Shown: positions 60,592 to 64,000 of the stretch, in pieces
How positions within the stretch are numbered: position 1 is the first letter of the stretch
Layout of the letters: each line of letters begins with the position of its first letter
Source: Patescibacteria group bacterium
GTDB lineage: Bacteria > Patescibacteriota > UBA1384 > 2-12-FULL-50-11
NCBI GenBank assembly: GCA_016861245.1
Contig: BOKZ01000001.1
Span: forward strand, 77,107 to 141,106
Reading direction: 5' to 3'
Length of the DNA: 64,000 bases
Program-made: the position numbers and the translations under genes
Notes under the pieces: generated by a model
The model's database searches: none
Told to the model about the DNA's origin: nothing
The model's input: only the letters and a program-made list of their open reading frames with translations

Positions 60592-60609
60592 CAGGAAGTT
60601 TCCTTCCTG
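60592..60609. promoter_or_regulatory. Perfect inverted repeat CAGGAAG-tttc-CTTCCTG in the divergent intergenic region
   Basis: Seven-bp arms with a 4-nt spacer. It lies 19 nt upstream of the micro-ORF start and about 100 nt upstream of the nucleotidyltransferase gene. Confidence 0.35.
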
Positions 60610-60708
60610 GCAGCACGATCATCCAGGAGTTCGCCCAACTAAATCTATACCGGAACAGTACCGCAAGAGTATGGATCCAGTTGCATCTTACACTCGAAAA
60701 TGTCCTAG

Positions 60709-62103
60709 ATGAAACAGAAATTTGATTCCAAAAAAAGAATAGACGGCCATATATTACAGTCGGTTTTTCTGAGAGACTCGGATATCATTCCTCAGAGCCA
60801 ATACGTTGGTCTCGAATTAGCAAAATACTACTCATTAAACTTCCGCTTGACTGTTGAACACATTTACTACTCGCTTTACGCCAAATTCCCAGAGTGTAGG
60901 GTCGCTGTAGGTATATATGGCTCTGCGGGTCGTCAGGAAATGGCAGCATATTCGGACGCAGATGTCCTAATTATTACAGGAAGCGAATCGACACAAGAAA
61001 GAGAGTTTAGGAAGCAGTTCTCTATCGAGATGGCCAAGTTCGGCTATTCGAAGGTTGATATACCAGATTGGGGGACAATCAGGCTGCTGTCAAAGATTTG
61101 CTCAACCAACATTGTCGAAGGCAACCAAATACTCGAGTCTAAAATTGTGTGCGGTGATCCAAGCTTGATTAAGAGTTTTAGAGCTATGGTGAAGAAGCAA
61201 AATACACTAGAACGGTCCAAGCGAAACATTCTTTTTCAGCTGTTTTGCTATGACTATTACTACTCAAAGAGAAGAAAAAACGGTTATATTAATGTTAAAT
61301 ACTCGGCTGGCGGAACGAGGGACATATTATTTTTTATTTGGATCGCACGGCACACTGCAACCAGTGTAGGGATACAACCCCCGATTAGTATCACAAACTC
61401 ACTATCCCTACTTTTTGAGCATGGAAGTGTAAACAGATCAGAGTATGAAAAACTGTTACGCTCAATTTCAAACGTAATGTTGCTGCGTTCTGAAGCGCTC
61501 AAAATTAATAAAGGTACTGATTATAATGGGCTATCGCTTATAGAAACTAACTTACAATCACTACAAAAATCGACAACAATTCGGCACCTTTTCCCAGACA
61601 GCTCTTTCTACGAATTTACCGATTCAATGCGTACAATCGCAAAAATAAAGGAAAAGTTGGTGAATGGTTTTATTACTGAAAACTTTGGCTATAGAGGAAA
61701 GCTGATAATACGAGCAAGGCAGCAAGCTGCAAAGAACAAACTTCTTAAACCGCTTACCGACAACCGCCCAGAAATTATTCTGGCCAATTTATGGCTGATC
61801 GGAGAAAAGATTGACTCGCAAAAGTTACTACAGTCTATTAGTAAACAAAAACAGTGGAGCTGGGAATTCATGGCAAGTATGTTGAGCTTGAATGATCTTC
61901 CACAGTCAATTATTCATAGCATTACTGAATTCGTTCTTGGGAAAATGGAGTACGGCTACATACTTAAGCTAGTCGCTCAGCACCCACACACCTCAAAACA
62001 AACCTTGCGCTTGATATTGAATTCAAAAATAGATGAGCGCTACAAACAGTTGGCTAGGATAGCGAAGAGCGCTGGTAACTCTCAAACCAATTTCCAAGTA
62101 TGA
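60709..62103 (+). CDS. Pol-beta-superfamily nucleotidyltransferase-domain protein (GlnD/GlnE-like N-terminus) with a helical C-terminal domain
   Basis: VGIYGSAGRQEMAAYSDADVLII fits the GS...x9-13...DxD nucleotidyltransferase motif, as in GlnD GGYGR.EL...SDIDLL. Low GC. Confidence 0.55.
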   Translation: MKQKFDSKKRIDGHILQSVFLRDSDIIPQSQYVGLELAKYYSLNFRLTVEHIYYSLYAKFPECRVAVGIYGSAGRQEMAAYSDADVLIITGSESTQEREFRKQFSIEMAKFGYSKVDIPDWGTIRLLSKICSTNIVEGNQILESKIVCGDPSLIKSFRAMVKKQNTLERSKRNILFQLFCYDYYYSKRRKNGYINVKYSAGGTRDILFFIWIARHTATSVGIQPPISITNSLSLLFEHGSVNRSEYEKLLRSISNVMLLRSEALKINKGTDYNGLSLIETNLQSLQKSTTIRHLFPDSSFYEFTDSMRTIAKIKEKLVNGFITENFGYRGKLIIRARQQAAKNKLLKPLTDNRPEIILANLWLIGEKIDSQKLLQSISKQKQWSWEFMASMLSLNDLPQSIIHSITEFVLGKMEYGYILKLVAQHPHTSKQTLRLILNSKIDERYKQLARIAKSAGNSQTNFQV

Positions 62104-62690
62104 TGCGGATAATAATTGTTCGTCACGCAGAAACTGTTGAAAACAGAGATCGAGTCTTTCACGGACATAGCTACGGCGGCTTTACTGCTGAAGGCAAAGA
62201 GCAAGTAAGGATGTTGAGAAGACGCCTTGACAAGTATCGGTTTGATAAGGCACTGGTAAGTGATCTGGCAAGAACTAGGGAAACAGCTAAATACCTTCTT
62301 TCTGGAAGAACGCACATAATTCGGTATTTAAAGCTCCTCAGAGAAAAAGACGCTGGAGAATTTAAAGGAAAGAAGTTTGGGGAAGTAGTATGGGACAAAC
62401 TTGCTGGAGACTTTGAGACGAGAAAGCCCCCAGGTGGGGAGAGTATTAGTGATGTTCAGCAAAGAATAAGAGAGTTCTTAGCAATTTTAACCAGTGAGAA
62501 CGCTAGAGATTTACTTGTCGTTGGTCACGGCGCATTTATTAAATTGCTAATTGGGCAGCTGCGTGGGCAAAGCGCACAAGATGCAATTTTCTCTAATCAA
62601 ATCGACCATTGCTCAATTACAGAAATATTATTGAGCGATGGTCGCTTTGACGTAATAACTCAAAACGACACTCTGCACCTTAAGAGGTAA
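62100..62690 (+). CDS. Histidine phosphatase (phosphoglycerate-mutase-like branch)
   Basis: IIIVRHAETVEN is the RHG motif; also LARTRETA and VVGHGAFIKLL. It overlaps the nucleotidyltransferase gene by 4 nt. Confidence 0.75.
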   Translation: MMRIIIVRHAETVENRDRVFHGHSYGGFTAEGKEQVRMLRRRLDKYRFDKALVSDLARTRETAKYLLSGRTHIIRYLKLLREKDAGEFKGKKFGEVVWDKLAGDFETRKPPGGESISDVQQRIREFLAILTSENARDLLVVGHGAFIKLLIGQLRGQSAQDAIFSNQIDHCSITEILLSDGRFDVITQNDTLHLKR

Positions 62691-62693
62691 TAT

Positions 62694-63305
62694 ATGCCGA
62701 GAATAATCGCATTTGAGGGCGTCAGTGGCGCCGGGAAGACCACGTGTTGCAGGATAGTATCATCAATACTAGACAAAAGGGGCTTGAACATCCTACGAAT
62801 TAACGAGAAAGAGCACGAACCTCTTCGCTCGTACATCTCTGCTTGGCACAATCTTCCGCACGAAGAAAAGCTATTCACAGCTAGGAAGGTGAAGGAGATT
62901 GCTGAATGTAGAGCCGAGGTTCACGCTAGCCTAGCAGACAAAATTTCTGCAAGTAACATAGTCATCTTTGATCGATCTGTTTGGACTAGCATGGTTTACC
63001 AGTCGTTTGATGGTCAACAGCCGGAGGCAATACTATCAGCGAACGAGTGCGCGGGCGCTATTGTCCCCTCAGAGATATTCTTATTTATGGCTGACCCAGT
63101 GCTATGTGCTCGTCGAGTAATAGAACGAGCAAAAAGAAGAAGCACATATGGACTGCCAGCAACCATTGAGGACCATGAGAGTATCCTTCGCTCCTATGAG
63201 CAATACCGTAAAGTGTGCAAACACTTCCCAACTCTTCATCACATCAACGGCCAGTTGAGCATTCGTAAGAATGTTCGACAAGTTTTAAGGCTACTCGACC
63301 AGTAA
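62694..63305 (+). CDS. dTMP-kinase-like P-loop kinase
   Basis: IIAFEGVSGAGKTT matches the Tmk N-terminus; also FTARKV...IVIFDRSVWTSMVYQ. It starts 4 nt after the phosphatase stop. Confidence 0.6.
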   Translation: MPRIIAFEGVSGAGKTTCCRIVSSILDKRGLNILRINEKEHEPLRSYISAWHNLPHEEKLFTARKVKEIAECRAEVHASLADKISASNIVIFDRSVWTSMVYQSFDGQQPEAILSANECAGAIVPSEIFLFMADPVLCARRVIERAKRRSTYGLPATIEDHESILRSYEQYRKVCKHFPTLHHINGQLSIRKNVRQVLRLLDQ

Positions 63306-63309
63306 CCCC

Positions 63310-63331
63310 GCCCCTATTTGGGGCTTTTTTT
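63310..63331 (+). terminator. Rho-independent terminator (GCCCC-tattt-GGGGC plus T7)
   Basis: It follows the kinase stop. The stop codon of convergent plsC lies in the loop. Confidence 0.6.
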
Positions 63332-63985
63332 ATTTACGGGTAAATAATCGTGTTCGTAGTATAAATCCGCGATTTTTTGCATTATTTCTTGGGTAGCTCT
63401 GTACGTATTTTCATCGGAGAAATCTGGGTAATCTAAGTTGTTCAGGTAAAACGGTGTGCCAATACGAATAACAATCTTTGGGCGAGTCGCAATAAATCGC
63501 CACGGCGTTAAGCCGTGCGGTGTATGAAGCGAGATTGGCAAAAGCGCTGCCCGGGTAGTTAGCGCCAAAATCGCTGCGCCGCGTCGCCCCTCACCAAGCT
63601 TTGGTCGCTCAGGAATAATTTTTCCTTCTGGGAACAGAATAACGGAGCCGCCTTTTTCTAGGATTTTAGTTGGGGTTAGAAGCGACTTACCTATTCCTTG
63701 TTTGCGATGCGCTTTGAACGCCCCTAACAACCAAATAACTACATTTAATAACGGGATTCGGAACAGCTCGTTTTTCGCCATAAACCTTAGTGGATATAAC
63801 GACGGTCGATAAAGAAGCGCTACTCCTGTTAACTGCGGATCTAGATGACTCTCGTGATTAGACACAACGATAAATGGGCGCGACACCTCCTTAAGATTTT
63901 CTCTACCTATAATTTCAAAACGCGTAAATGTCTTTAAGAGTACCCAAGAAATAAACGCAGCGACGTACTGCGCCGTAGTCATCAT
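63314..63985 (-). CDS. plsC: 1-acyl-sn-glycerol-3-phosphate acyltransferase (PlsC family)
   Basis: VVSNHESHLDP is the HxxxxD motif; also ILFPEGKI. Confidence 0.7.
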   Translation of the reverse strand: MMTTAQYVAAFISWVLLKTFTRFEIIGRENLKEVSRPFIVVSNHESHLDPQLTGVALLYRPSLYPLRFMAKNELFRIPLLNVVIWLLGAFKAHRKQGIGKSLLTPTKILEKGGSVILFPEGKIIPERPKLGEGRRGAAILALTTRAALLPISLHTPHGLTPWRFIATRPKIVIRIGTPFYLNNLDYPDFSDENTYRATQEIMQKIADLYYEHDYLPVNKKSPK

Positions 63986-64000
63986 TCCGTCCTCATTGTA

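Noticed and set aside
56441-63985. Mobile-element hallmarks (integrase, transposase, tRNA attachment site, flanking direct repeats) for the low-GC island
   Set aside because: None was found in the window. The island is reported as a compositional anomaly only.

Overview
This 64-kb window reads as one densely packed, mostly co-linear bacterial chromosome segment of roughly 50% GC. There is no rRNA, tRNA, CRISPR array, transposase or integrase, and the largest non-coding gap is about 155 bp. From gene content I infer a reduced-genome monoderm bacterium, possibly CPR/Patescibacteria-like. The evidence is minimal-length aminoacyl-tRNA synthetases (407-aa ProRS, 465-aa MetRS), a 152-aa EF-Ts, an rpsB-tsf-frr-rseP-proS block lacking pyrH/uppS/cdsA, and a pilBCMNO type IV pilus operon. 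This is an inference, not something I could demonstrate.

Three regions stand out.

1. Positions 1-11653 form a tightly packed 11.6-kb plus-strand array of secreted or anchored surface proteins.
   - A giant beta-strand-repeat protein runs off the 5' edge of the window; it is over 1230 aa.
   - That protein and a 382-aa protein share a homologous C-terminal domain of about 180 aa that ends exactly at the C-terminus with AGTYTTV(V/I)(V/I)YV..TF. Its motif order resembles a WxL cell-wall-binding domain.
   - Two paralogous proteins of about 330 aa have a signal peptide and a C-terminal TM anchor (DUF916/DUF3324-like), and they alternate with the WxL-like proteins.
   - One protein carries a C-terminal dockerin-like double calcium-loop motif.
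   - Three downstream proteins start with paralogous cohesin-like domains; one is N-anchored, one is C-anchored, and one is possibly split.
   - The arrangement looks like a Csc/WxL-type surface complex combined with a cohesin-dockerin assembly system, which would be unusual for this kind of genome.

2. Position 46852 encodes a PilB/GspE secretion ATPase whose N-terminus is an HU/IHF (DNABII) fold fused in frame.

3. Positions ~56.4-63.3 kb have lower GC (~38-43% by hand count versus ~50% elsewhere).
   - A membrane class-I methyltransferase-like gene sits in an operon with a 7TM histidine kinase and a response regulator.
   - An orphan paralogue of the kinase's 7TM sensor domain is encoded divergently.
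   - A divergent pair of operons follows. One encodes a nucleotidyltransferase, a histidine phosphatase and a dTMP-kinase-like protein. The other encodes a 27-aa zinc-ribbon micro-ORF, a 140-aa unknown and an M16-family peptidase-like protein, with a perfect inverted repeat between the two operons. I cannot assign a function to this module.

The rest of the window is housekeeping: pgk, tpiA, proS, rseP, frr, tsf, rpsB, rpmE, prfA, prmC, htrA, gatCAB (with two small ORFs inserted and translationally coupled), ligA, htpX, lemA, an S41 protease, mnmA, tatD, metG, rsmI, rsmA, pcrA/uvrD, dnaB, dnaX, pilBCMNO, murA and a two-component system.
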